From Bugula neritina (lineage: Eukaryota > Animalia > Bryozoa), in the NCBI GenBank assembly GCA_964035545.1, contig OZ037769.1, positions 11,376,633 through 11,440,632 on the forward strand: 64,000 nucleotides of DNA, read 5' to 3'. Every line of letters starts with the position of its first letter. The first letter of the stretch is position 1. The notes below the pieces were generated by a model. That model was not told where the DNA came from. It made no database searches and saw only the letters and a program-made list of their open reading frames with translations. The translations under genes and the position numbers were made by a program. Shown one piece after another: positions 36,291-55,406 of this stretch.

Positions 36291-39092
36291 GTCTTACCTC
36301 ATAAAATTGAAACGAATTTCTTCACAACTTGACTGTAGACACCAAATATAGGCTGTGCAGGCGTTGATGCGGCGTGAGTATATTGGTTCGAAGCTGTTGG
36401 CGTCTAAAAGAAGTTAGCAATTACTAATATCAATGTGAAATCAAAATGCTTACACAGCTCACGTAAGCAAGTGCAATAATAGGCGTCTGAGAGAACTGTT
36501 CTTCAACGAAATTGTTCGTTTGTGACGTAATAACGCTATTTAATGAACCAATAAGAGTAACTTTATTTTTAGCCATGTTACATTTGCGCATACGCGAACG
36601 AAAGAGGATAACTTCAGAAAACAGCTCCCATTTCCATAAAGCAAACAGCTACACCTTTAAATTTGAAGAATTTCAATTAATACAATCAATATAAATTATA
36701 GTAGCGAATAATGTTATTTGTCGTAGTAGCTAAATTAACTACACTTGCAATTGTTTAGGAATTGCATGGAAAAATTTTCTGAAATGCAATAAAACTTTTG
36801 ATGGAGGTAAAGCAACAGATCCAGAAGCATCATATACAGTTTTTTCAAAGATCAATGTAACACTTGCAGTTCATATTCAATAAATATTCTAATATATTTC
36901 GTGAATTGCTTGCTTATATTCGTATTCAAAATTTGAAATACAAATTGTGACATTTTTATGTTTTGATAAAACGCAATTCTTCATCTGTCTCTACAGGCTG
37001 TAGAATATTATGTCCTTAAAGGATTGCTCTATCTTAGTTTATTACAATCACATTATACTTATGAACTATAATCTAATGTGTATGCAAACAATTGTGACTT
37101 TGCAAAGCGATATATGCCTAGAAAACAGCTTTTCAAAATTCCAATTTTGAGGGAGGTAAAATTTTCAGCCATGAAAAAGAATAGCCTAATACGTGACGTG
37201 TGAACGCCAGTAACTATGCTGCACGTGCTAACTATAACGCTAGTATTCAAGGTTGCTGAGCACAATATCAACCAATAACGCTCAAGCAGTTACAGTGCGC
37301 TATATAGGTCAACTTTGGTGCGCCCGTAATATTGCACAATCTGACCTAGTTTAGATCGATCGCAGGCATTCATCCTAAAGAATGCATGCTTTTGCAATGC
37401 TTTTTTCTAATGGTTACAAGCAAAATATAGCCTAATGTTATTACATACATGTTATTTAAAATGTCAAAAAACTATAGATTGAGATAATTCACATTTGCAC
37501 TTCTATAAATATACAAATTACGAGCTGAAAGATCACATCTCACAGTCATATTTCTATAGTTATTCATTTGTATAGTCACGTGACCAGCAGGAATGCTGGC
37601 GCTGTTACGTCACAGTTCCCAGCTCATTTCAAAATCGGCGTTTTGCAGCTGTTACCAATCTACACCCTCAACTTCAACTAACTTTTTCTACCTTTGGTCA
37701 AATGCTTTTTGTCAATGCATGCTTAGAAAAACACAATATTATGTGTGTTTGACCTAAATGGCCATTTATTAGACAAGATAGAGCAATCCTTTAAGTAGGC
37801 TACTGTGATATTGTTATAGCATAAACATACTGTTATTATATTATCAACGTGCTTCATTATAAATACAGAGCATTTTTTAAATTACTATTTTGACTGCATC
37901 AATCATTAAGATTGTACTATAATTGTAAATAATATCTTAATAGTATTATAGTGGTGTTGCGACTTTCTCATATATTTCATGGGTTTTCACTTATTTATGA
38001 ATCATCAATGCTAGTATATCATAGCCTTTGGATGATTAATGTATTGATACGTAATGTTTGGCTGCAGGGTAGCTCCAACTCTTGTCTTAATCTGTAGGGG
38101 AAGTTGAGCTTCCGTTTGGTGGTGCTTCCTAGCTAGCCTAACATCCTGGGTTGGGGCACTCATTGGCACCATTGAACTATAACATTTAGTCTTAGAACTA
38201 TAACATGAGTTTTAGTTCATTGATTGGCACATACACTAACTCAATCTCAAATTATCCATTATTCATAATCTCACTCTACATATATTATAAACAGTCTATA
38301 GCAGCTACTATTCTACAATCTCTTTGTGTGTACTCTGTATGCACATAAGTTCTGTAAGAATAGAAGCTTCATTCTATACATACTCTACCATTTTCTTATT
38401 TTATATTATTCATTGCCTTTGCATATGCCACACCTATACTATGCTAAAATGTAGCTTAATTTACTTGCATGATAATTGCGCTTTTTATACATAATAGCAA
38501 GGGAAGATAACTGACAAATTTAATACTGCTTTATCATACAGTTGCAATGTAATGCTAAATTATTACATTATAGCCCAATGAGTGTACCCAATAACACCAA
38601 ATAATACCAGGCCAGTAATGCCTAAAATTCACATGACAAATCAAACTACCTTTTCAGTACCACTTGTGGCTTCCTAATATTATATTTGTAATTGAGAATT
38701 GTGAATAGCTGTGACAATCTGAGTATAATCTAATAGAAATGGATTTAATTATTCAAACTAAGAAATTCAAATAAATTGTTGATAACCAAATGAATAGTTA
38801 AAGTTGGTTAAAAGCCTAATAAGCTTGATATGTATGTCCTAATTTTATACCTGTGGCTTGCAGTGGTTATCAACTTGGTATTTGTTTTGGTCACATTAGT
38901 ACAAGAAATGTAAAGTTAAAATTATGCTGTGTAATTGCAAAGCCAATGTGGGCAGCTGCCACTAACATATTTCAGCATGTTGAGTTTTTCCAGTATATAC
39001 GATTTTTGACTTAAGTCTGGAAATCTGTGAGTTCTTTAAATACTAGGACTAAATTTCAAACTGAGACACAGTTGGCACTATGCCTATGCTAC

Positions 39093-39285
39093 TGGGAAAC
39101 CTTATCTAAGGTTTAAAGATGTCTTAAAGTGAGATCGAAAAAACTTCCATATAAATCCCAGCAGCTTTACCGCACTTTCCTATGATCGTGCTGAATGGAG
39201 GCAAAACCTTCATACCGGACAGACATTCGACTCAAAGAATAACACTAAGAGACTTATGGCTAGACGTGCAAGACACCAACACTGA
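39093..39285 (+). mobile_element. RTE-clade LINE 3' remnant
   Basis: Translates as GKPYLRFKDVLK*DRKNFHINPSSFTALSYDRAEWRQNL, the typical RTE ORF C-terminus (GRP..R.KD...D.....DR..WR). Confidence 0.7.
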
Positions 39286-39316
39286 AGATGCCATGCATTG
39301 TCAGCACTGACAGACG

Positions 39317-39477
<161 letters not shown>

Positions 39478-40557
39478 GCTACACATATTATCACTTCTCT
39501 ACCTTCAGTGGATGTGCTTCAATCAGTTGAGAGAAAAATAAGTTTTGTAAATGATCATAAGACTGTGACAAAAAATGACTTGAAAACAGTAAATATTAAT
39601 ATATACAATTATAAAAATATATGTAATTATATAAAAATATAAATAAATAAGTGTGAATATATAAATGCATATATATAATTTTAAATATAGAAATAATTAT
39701 ATAGATATCTAATTATGCATGGTCCAATACAATGATTTTTAGCAAATGCACCAGTAAAAGACCTAAAACAGTTCGTGCATGACAATAATAACAGCTTGCA
39801 TCATTATAATTAAACAGGCGAACATACACACACATTTGTATGTACATGTAAATGTATATATATATTATAGTAGACATACAACCTGTTTATATAAAATGTA
39901 TTATTAATATACGTGTGTGTATATATATATTGCAATAGGCTATCATATATGTACATACATTGAACTGGAAAATAACTTGCCAGCTTTTTCCACTTCAATG
40001 TGTACCTGTATACATACGCCTTGATTTATAGTTCAGAGTTGTGCTCTCGTAGCGTGAAAGGAGCTTAACTATTTTGCATAATTATTATTAAAAGTTACAG
40101 TATAGCAGCCATTGAACTATAACCCCTATAGTTTCAGTTCAGTGATAGCAGCACCATGTAATACTGGTTCGTATTGTAGAGTTATCTCCCTTGATAACAC
40201 ATTAGCTTTGTAGAACGTAGAAAACTCGCTGTGGATTGGTCTTAGCATGTGATTTCACACCATTTTTACGTAGTGTAAAAAATAATAAAACTGGTTATCA
40301 ACTGATGAAAATTGATAAAATAATTTTGCCACTCATGCTAAACCTAACGAGGACATTGTTGTTTTGCCACAGGGCTACTATATTAATATAGAATGATAAT
40401 TGCGTAGAGATTCGCAGTTGCAGACGGAGACATTGTTAGTTTATCATTTAGTAAAATATTAAGTTTAATAGTATTTGGACAAAATCTCACTCTTTTGTAT
40501 AATAAACTTTACACCCATGTTACTGCTAAACTAAACTATAACCAATAACGGGTAAGT

Positions 40558-42080
40558 TGAATTGACTATCGTCTATGACTCTATCACTATCAGTATGAGT
40601 ATGAGTATCACATTCACTGATTCAGTGATTCTGATAGTGATACTCATAGTCCTACGGCTACTGTGATAATGATTCACTATCACTCTATCCGTATGGGTAT
40701 CATTATCACTGATTTGTAATTGTATCAGTGTAATGTGTATTACTATCAGTATAGCTATGACTATGACAGTATGAGTATGGCTTTGACTATGAGTATGACA
40801 TTGACTTTGAGTTTGACTATGAGTATGACTCTATGAGTATGAGGTGACTATGACTATGACCCTCAGTATGAGTATCACTATCGACTATCACTGTGAGCAC
40901 GCCTATCATTATGACTAAGAGTAACACTAACTTAACTGTAGACTGAGCATAACTTTGTGTATCAGTAACACTAACTGTAAGACTAAGTGAGTATCAGGAT
41001 GGGTTTCACTATTACTATTAGTATTACTATAAGTATAAGTATAAGTATTACTATTAGTAGCAGCATTATTAGTATTACTATTACTATTACTATTAGTATT
41101 AGTATTACTAACACTATATCAATAAAAATATTATACTCATACAGTAAGCCTAAGAGTAAGTGTGACACTGACAGAGATCACTATCTAGTATTATACTGAT
41201 AAGGAGAGTGAGTCTGATAGTGATACTCATACTGATACACTAGTGATATTGATATTGATACTCATACTGAAAGTAAATCTCATACTCATAAGTCATAGTT
41301 ATAGTCATACTGATACTGATAGTAATAGTATTACTATTAGTATTAAATGATCCTACTATTACTATCCCAAGCTCCTATCATAATCATCATGATGATGATT
41401 ATGATTATGATTGGGGTTTGAGCTACTCTCCATCAGTATTACTATGATTATGAGCATCAGTATCAGTATGACTATGTAAGACTTTGAATCTCACTTGTCG
41501 CTAGGGCCAATCACTATGACTATCAGTATCACATTTACATTGCCATTCACTGGAAGTTGAATTTGACATCTATTAGACCTAGTGAGTGAAGTTAACTTTG
41601 AGTTCACTGTGATCACTCATTGACCTAATTATTAAATATAAATAATACTACTAAATGCTTGAAAGTGATTTCCAATTCATGATGATGGTGCCTTCTCTTA
41701 TTCTGGTAATATAAATGATTGAATATAACTATCAGTAATACTGTAAGTGTATTTGTATAATTATTACTATAAATATAAGTCATAAGACTAAGAGTAAGAT
41801 ATCATGAATTAAAATTTGCTCTAGTTTTATAGCCTACTAAAACCTAAACACCAAAATATAAAATATAATAGAGAACTATAAAGTTAAAATATGCTTAAAG
41901 TATTGACAGTATGAGTATCTATACAAGTATAAACTTCAAGTGCACGTGGCAGCCATTATTCAAGTTATTCACTAACTTTTAGGCTATATCACATTACTGA
42001 GTAGTACTAGTAGTATAGTTATATACTTATACCTAAAGTCAAAGGCTAGTTACTAATTAGTAGTTAGGCTAATTACCTAA
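40558..42080. repeat. Degenerate hexamer-period tract after the putative CaMKI first donor
   Basis: Begins right after CGG/GTAAGT (about 40551): ACTATC AGTATG AGTATG AGTATC ACATTC ACTGAT ... ACTTTG AGTTTG ACTATG AGTATG. Confidence 0.75.
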
Positions 42081-43026
42081 TGTTAACATAATAGTGCAAC
42101 ATACATGACCATGTAAATTATTGTATTTACTATTTTTATTCAAGAATTGTTTGTTATCGTTATTTAATGCTAATAATGTTTATATAGCACTTATAATTTA
42201 TAGCTTACAAATAATTATAACTTAGTGCCTATTTATGTTGTACTATTTCACATTTAAATCAGCTCCCTAAAACACGCATTAAGCCAGTTGTAAATTAAAA
42301 CAGGTACTGTAAATTTTTACCTCTAGCTCTAGATAATTGCAATCATGTGACATACTGTAGTAATTGAGATGAAATAATTAGTTACTAATGAGTTTTTGTC
42401 CATAAAAAACACAACATTTTACTTGCATTATAAAACCTAAAGATGATTACACTGAGTTTAAAGTTTTACTAGCTAAACTGAATTTGGGTTATAGTTGCCA
42501 TCCCTGTGAGAATCTGTCATAGAAAGGGTTTTTTTAAGCGGGCTAAGGACTTGTTTTCTACTGTGACAAAGGAGTAATTATGACTGAATGCTCTTCTTAA
42601 CTAGCTAAACTAAGTATTCTACAGAAATATCAAAACCATTTGACTCCCCAGTTAGGGTAATAAGAATGCAAATTTTGAATTCCTATTTTCTTTAAAAAGT
42701 TTATAATAGAATAATTGTTCACTATTCAGTTGTATATTTGTGCCAGGCCTTTACATGTAAGTTGATAAGTTTAACCCTCATTTCTGGTTTACAAAATTAG
42801 CACCTGTCAACCATGGAACATAGTTCCTACACAGGAAATAAAGTAACTTGCACATGTATGGTCCTGTAGCATATAATCGTTAAGTGTGATAGGTTTTCAG
42901 CATGGTATTGCTAATATCCTAATCAATGTCATAGTTCTGTCTGTTATAAACTACTAAGGATGCTCATTTAACTTGTATTCAGTATTAATTAATATTCAAC
43001 AAATCTATTTCTTTAGCTGAAAGAAG

Positions 43027-49253
<6,227 letters not shown>

Positions 49254-49319
49254 CACCATTCCGAGAAGTAGCAACTTCTACTCTCTTATTGATTGATAGC
49301 AGTTCGCTTGCTGTGAATC

Positions 49320-49597
49320 AATAACTGGTTAATCACTCACAGTAACTAGTTACTATGTTAACTAATTACTGTGAGTTACTAATTACTGGGAGTGAGTAAC
49401 CAGTCACTCCCAGTAATTACTCGTGAATAGTCACCAGTAATACTTATTCACAGTAATTAATTACCAACCGTAACTAGTAACTGTGAGTGATTAGTTACCA
49501 ATATTAACTAGTTGCTCTTAGTAATTAGTTACCAATAGTAACTAGTTGCTCACAGTAATTAGTTGCCAATGTTAACTAGTTACTCTAAGTAATTAGC
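49320..49597. repeat. AGTAACTAGTT-type degenerate repeat in the CaMKI 3' UTR
   Basis: Recurrent AGTAACTAGTT / TAATTAGTTACCAAT units in both orientations. Confidence 0.7.
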
Positions 49598-50896
49598 TCT
49601 GAAGTTGAAATTAATGATTATATTGATACATATAGCACCTGGTATCTAGTGATGTAGTAACTAGTCATTAGAGGGTATTTAGTTTAAATTTTTTATGATA
49701 CTGACTTGTCTAGACAAATTTAAACAAGTTGATGATATGTATCACAGTGCAGTATTCATTCGATTGCTTCAACACTGATTTATCAGTCGTAAGATTTCGC
49801 CTTAAGTTCATAGAGAAATCAAAGTTATATTTAGCATCATTTGTAAGTATTATAAGTGTTGTCTATAACCATTTGTGTACTTATATCATGTTTTAAAAAT
49901 TATGTTACACTTTTGTATAAATTCTTTTATCATGTGCTATCAGTAATTCTTGTGAGGCTGTCAAGTTCTATCTCCATGTTAATAATTGTATGACTAGCTT
50001 CCAGTTCATTTGTTAGTAGCGTTCTTTTTACTGAAGGTTTTAACTGAAGCCTCACTACATGATCTTCTTACTTAGAATGTTGAAATATTTTGATAGGAAT
50101 ATATTTTCTCTTGATGTAGTGTTGAAACACTGGCATGGAGCCTTTGTTTTTCATTTACAGATGTTATTTTGTCAAATATTTCTTTATCCACCTATTGTAT
50201 TCCCTGTGAATCTATGCTGTACAATTAATTTTGTTGCTATAATAAAAATATTTAAATAACTTCACTGCTGTGTCCAATGCTTCGGGTACAGGCATGCAAA
50301 GTTTAGGTCATTTTATGTTGCAGATCCATTGACAAATGGTTCATTTAGTTATAGGATGGTTAAACCAATTTTGGATGATAATTTTTAAGAGGTTAGCTGA
50401 ATATAATATATGAAGTAGAAGTGTGAAGCTAGTGTCTTCGGCTGAAATAGTTTGAAATTTAGTGATAGACCTAACCTACACATATCGGGGAGTTTCACCC
50501 TGTGAATAAAATAATAGTATAATAAAACGAATTCAACAAAGATTTTATTTCTTCCAGTTTATTTGAATCACATAAAAATATTTCAACAATGGCACCCACC
50601 AGCTCATACAAAATGTCAATCACGCACGCAGTAGTCACTGTTATAGCAACGAGATGTTCAAACATTACAGAACCAACACATATGTAATTTACTAAATACT
50701 AATTTATACATCAGTGTGCTTCACCTGCTAAAAACCAGGAAGACCTATTTTATATTTAAGGACACTGAAATAGCCAGCAAAAATGTCTCGACATATTTTA
50801 CAATAGAAACGACTTTAGAACTCCTATCATAAGTACATTTACTAACCTAAGCAATTGCCACATTCTCTAGGCATTTACTATAAATTACTTATACAA

Positions 50897-53800
50897 TTAT
50901 ATAATAACTTCTGTATCTCCAAGCTCCTCATCAGTTGGTAAATATGGTAACAGTTTCTCTGGTGGTACTAAGTTTGGGTCTATCAGTGGTAAACCATTAG
51001 CTTCCCTTCGAGCTAGCTCCAAGTATGCTTCTCTCTGCTTCCAGTGCACTAAGCTAAATGAATAGAGACAATTTGGTGAACTATTAGAAATTACTAACAA
51101 AATAATATAATTTTGTCTTTTGGCTGCCTTAAATAGTTGCATATACTAGTATGGTGAGCTACAAGTTTCAATAAAAAAAGGCTTATTCACTATATAAACA
51201 TGTTGAGTCAATTGTAATTTTTGGTTAGCAAGCTAACATTCGATGTATGGGAACAATAAAATGGTTCAGTTTTTACTATCTAATCTATAATTTTACAGGA
51301 ATTGGTTAGTTACTTGAGCAATAATGAAATCAAAATTACTTAATTTAGTTATACAAGGGTGTGCCTAAAAGCATGATAGTTGCAATTTTGATAAATAAAT
51401 GAATATATATTCTCACTGCATGCAATTTACAGATGTTACACCAACTAAACGAAATATATGCACAAGCTTATATACTACTTAAAGGTCTTTGGAAGCCTGG
51501 AATTTTATCTTACTGAAAACATTGAACAGCGCTGAATTTACCACAATGATATTAGAAGGGCAAAGTGCCTTACATAGTAAGTGTATAGTAGTAACTTTCT
51601 GAATATTTATGTTTTCATAAATTGTAGAGCATATTTTCTTAATTAAGTTCTCTATTGTTTTAGGTGACAGATCTTTAAATACATCAATATTTTTAAAATT
51701 GTATTTATATAAAATTGCTAAGTTGATTAATATTGGCAATGAGGAACATAAATAGGAGACTTTATACCAAGAGCAGACGCTGGTGGCTACTCACTCTTTG
51801 TCAGGAAGATATGCCAGGATGAACCCTATTCCAACAAAGCTTACTGTTATCACAAGAAACATCACATTATGGTGTGTAAAAGTATCTTCTTCTCGGTCAA
51901 AAGGATTGTATCCATGATAATACCAGTTCTAACAAACACAACATAAACTGGGATGATGGTTGTTAAAACGTGACTAATCATTTAAATTAACTATACTAGA
52001 AACCTTTACACTATACTTGAACAAACAATTCCAACATCTAAAAATGTCCATATCTAAACAGCTACTTTTAAAATTAACTTTTCATCAGCACTACATTAAT
52101 TTAACGCACACACACGCACACACATACACACACGGACAACATTATATATGTACTACTACTGAAGCAGAGGTCTTGCTTGACTTACTGTTTATACATTATC
52201 TATATGTCTAACTTAACTTAGATATTTATTCATTATTGGAAAGAAAAACTGAAAAAAACCCTGTATTAAGTAAGTGGATAAAAGTGAAATCACAATAATA
52301 AATCTAGTCCACTTGTAATTGCAGCATCGATAAAAATTGAAAATAGTAGACCCATACTTATACATGTATAAACTAAATTTATGAATTATCATTCAACAAG
52401 TTGAATAGTTTTAACGAACCATACGAATACACACAATCAAGTTCCAATCAAAGTTACAAAATAAAGAAAGATTGAAAATGAGAAAAATTAAAAAGGCTGA
52501 TTAATAAATTATGTATTAAAATGTATCGTAATAATTCATTAGAGTTAACTTCTAATCAAATTTAGTTTGACTAGAGTAAAAATTGACTTCAGAATTAAGT
52601 AATTAAAATTCTTTCAGTCTGAGATCCCACCCACTCCACTCGCTTTTCTTCTTTCCTTTCTACTCAACTGAGATTCTTTAAAATTTGATTTTTTTATTTA
52701 ACAACAGTTATGGAAGCGTTTTGGCACAACAGACTTCTTTTTAGCTATCACTTATTATGTTACATTACTTCTGAGTCCGTCTCTGGCAGAGAGAGGTTGA
52801 ATCTGACCGTACTTGAATAAACTTTTCAATACTTAGCTTATTGGTGCAGTAATTTTAGGGTAAAGCCTATATATAATATTGCAGTTTGATAACTGAGATA
52901 TTGTGCTACAGCATCTGAGCTGATAAAATGATAGGAAAAGTAATAGTAAGTTTATCTTGGAAAAAAATCTTACTCAACTTCCTCTCAACTTAAGAGAATA
53001 CACCAGCAAAAAGATGTGGTACAACCAATATTAATAATCAATAATGATTATTTAACTTCATATAATTGACATTTACTATTGATTAATCATTGACATTATG
53101 ATTATGATCATCATCATGTTTAGGAATAGGATAGTTGTAACCACAGTAGTACTGGTCACCGTAAAATTAAAAATATTATCACAATGAATATAATACTGAC
53201 AGCTACTCACTTATTATCATATTCATATTGATAATAACTTATAGTTATTTTAATTGATATTTTCTATTATTAATACTATTATATATTTATAAACGAATAA
53301 TATTACTATTAGTTTAACTTTGAAGCTCCATCATTTAATCAACTATACTTATGGTGATAGTAATACAATAGTAATAGTAATACTATTAATATTAATATTA
53401 GTAATACTAATAGTATTAGTATTAGTAATACTAATAGAGTATTACTAAAAGTAAAATGATGATGATGAGTAACATTGTCATTGTGATTGTTAGTAATACT
53501 AATAGTGATACTAATACTAATAGTAATACTAATAGTAATACTAGTAATACTAATACTAATAGTAATACGAATACTAATACTAATAGTAATACTAATAGTA
53601 ATAGTAATACTAATAGTAATAGTAATACCCTAAGCCTAATACTAATAGTAATGGTAATGCCATGGCTAATGGCTAATCATAATGATAATGACAATTGACT
53701 AGCAGTAGTTGATACAGTAATAGCTAATAAGTAAATGCTAAACCTTAGCGTTAGTCTAAGTTGATTTCACAATTTATCAATTAATCATTGATTATGAGAA

Positions 53801-54045
53801 ACTAAAAATCAAACCTCTTCAGGATCAGAAATATCTTTAAATCGTTCTACTGCTTCAGCGTATTCTGGATCTTTAGTAGGGTCAGTAAGTTCGATAGCTT
53901 TTGGTTTATCTACTTGAGAACTGAAGTTAACTTCCTTGCGAAGCAAAAATTGATATTGTAAAGGAAGTGACTGCCTATTTATATTAGCCACAGAAAGCCA
54001 TCTCTGTTTAGTTATTCTACAAACCGTACGGCCTAGTGCAGCCAT
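50897..54045 (-). CDS. NDUFB11: NADH dehydrogenase (ubiquinone) 1 beta subcomplex subunit 11 (ESSS), about 173 aa, 3 exons
   Basis: Exons 53815-54045, 51795-51928, 50897-51053. Arg-rich mitochondrial presequence; NWYYHGY..FDREED; single TM ending in AYLPD; W.QREA.LELARRE.NGLPLIDPN.V.PEK..LP.DEEL. Confidence 0.92.
53040..53800. repeat. Degenerate hexamer-period tract in NDUFB11 intron 1
   Basis: (ACTAAT/AGTAAT)n at 53490-53650, flanked by more degenerate ANTNWN units up to the first donor at 53814. Confidence 0.75.
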
Positions 54046-54205
54046 GTTGCATATATGTTAGACTGTGTTTTTTTAATTGTGACAATTGTGCACCAGTTGT
54101 ATGCGATATAGATGAGTTACGCAAATAACAATTATATGGATCACGTTCCCAGGCTAAACCTTTGCTGGCCAAGATGATATATAGCAAAATTATCATTGCC
54201 GAGAG

Positions 54206-54352
54206 AATTGCTCTATAAGCAGCTCCAAGGTGGGGTGAATGAGTGCAGTAGTTTGAGATTAAGTTTGGAGTTAAGTCCCCCAATTTCAAACTTGTAAACT
54301 CCAAACTACTGCACTCATTCACCCTTAACCCGGAGCTGCTTATAAACCAATT
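54206..54352. mobile_element. Palindromic MITE upstream of NDUFB11; related fragments at about 48120-48298 and 54470-54585
   Basis: AATTGCTCTATAAGCAGCTCC...GGGTGAATGAGTGCAGTAGTTTG pairs with CAAACTACTGCACTCATTCACCC...GGAGCTGCTTATAAACCAATT. The same arm recurs at 48250-48298 (TGCACTCAGTCACCCC...GGAGCTGCTTATAGAGC). Confidence 0.75.
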
Positions 54353-54721
54353 ATTGCTGTGGCTCTGCAACAATTATTAGCCTTACAAACCAAGCCCGTA
54401 GTGTTGTTTTCAGAGAGGTATATTTTCGATTAGGTCCAAAAGTTTCTGAAAGTAGCACCAAGTTGATGGTCACTGAATGTAGTGGTTTGGGATCTCGAGA
54501 TTGGCTTTGGGAGTTTGGAGTTTGGAATGCTGCCTGTACAAATTCTGCACTCGGTCACCTCCAGCTTGTAGCTGCTTCTAACAACATTTATTAATTCTTC
54601 CCTCACAGAAATAATATAATAACCCCGTGATAAATTAATATTTCAGCAGCGTCCCTATAGCCATGTACTCTAAATTTATCATTTCTGCTTTATTATCACA
54701 TGGTGTAAAATAATTAGAAAA

Positions 54722-54990
54722 AAATGGCTCAGGCACCTTCTTAGACTACCAGAAGGTGAACCAGTCAAGCAAGCACTAAAGATATATCTAAACCACCCAG
54801 CAAAACATCACAGAGGGGCCAGAAAAATCTCATGGGTTGATACTGTCAAAAAAACTCTCAAAACATATGCTAACGTAACATTTGATCACTGTATAGATCT
54901 GGCGCAAGATAGAAAAGTATGGAGGTCGAAGACAGTAGATGTTATGAGCTGATGTAACCCGTTACGGACCTCGTCAATAAGTAAGTAAGT
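54722..54990 (+). mobile_element. 5'-truncated RTE-like LINE with (TAAG)n tail
   Basis: Open frame KWLRHLLRLPEGEPVKQAL...RGARKISWVDTVKKTL...DLAQDRKVWRSK* (stop at 54950-54952), then a short 3' UTR and TAAGTAAGTAAGT. Confidence 0.8.
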
Positions 54991-55406
54991 ACAATAATTA
55001 TACTATGCTATTTTCCGTTTTATAAAAAAGTTATACAGCAATCGTACCATTAGCTGCATGCATAACCTATAACTTCAATTTAGTCTAAACTCTAAATAGT
55101 TATATGTGTACATCATATAGGCAAGCAATTATGTAATGGTCTACGCAGAAAGAAATACGCGTATAATGATACTGTAGATACTATATCCTTTTGATTAGTT
55201 AAATACGTTATTTTCTACACATGAATAATTTTCTTTAGCTTACATGCATCATTGAGCATTGAATCACACTCTGTAGGCTGTACCACATCCCTTAGTTATC
55301 TGACTGACAAGGTAAATGGTCAAAAGCTCATTAGTCAAGACTGAACTACTGCTGTGCTAGTACACACTGTCTTCCATTGAAGAAAATAAGTTATTATATT
55401 TTGATT

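Noticed and set aside
37350-37392. 7SK RNA near the HEXIM-like gene (GATCGATC)
   Set aside because: There are no paired GAUC stem motifs or other recognisable 7SK features; a covariance search would be needed.
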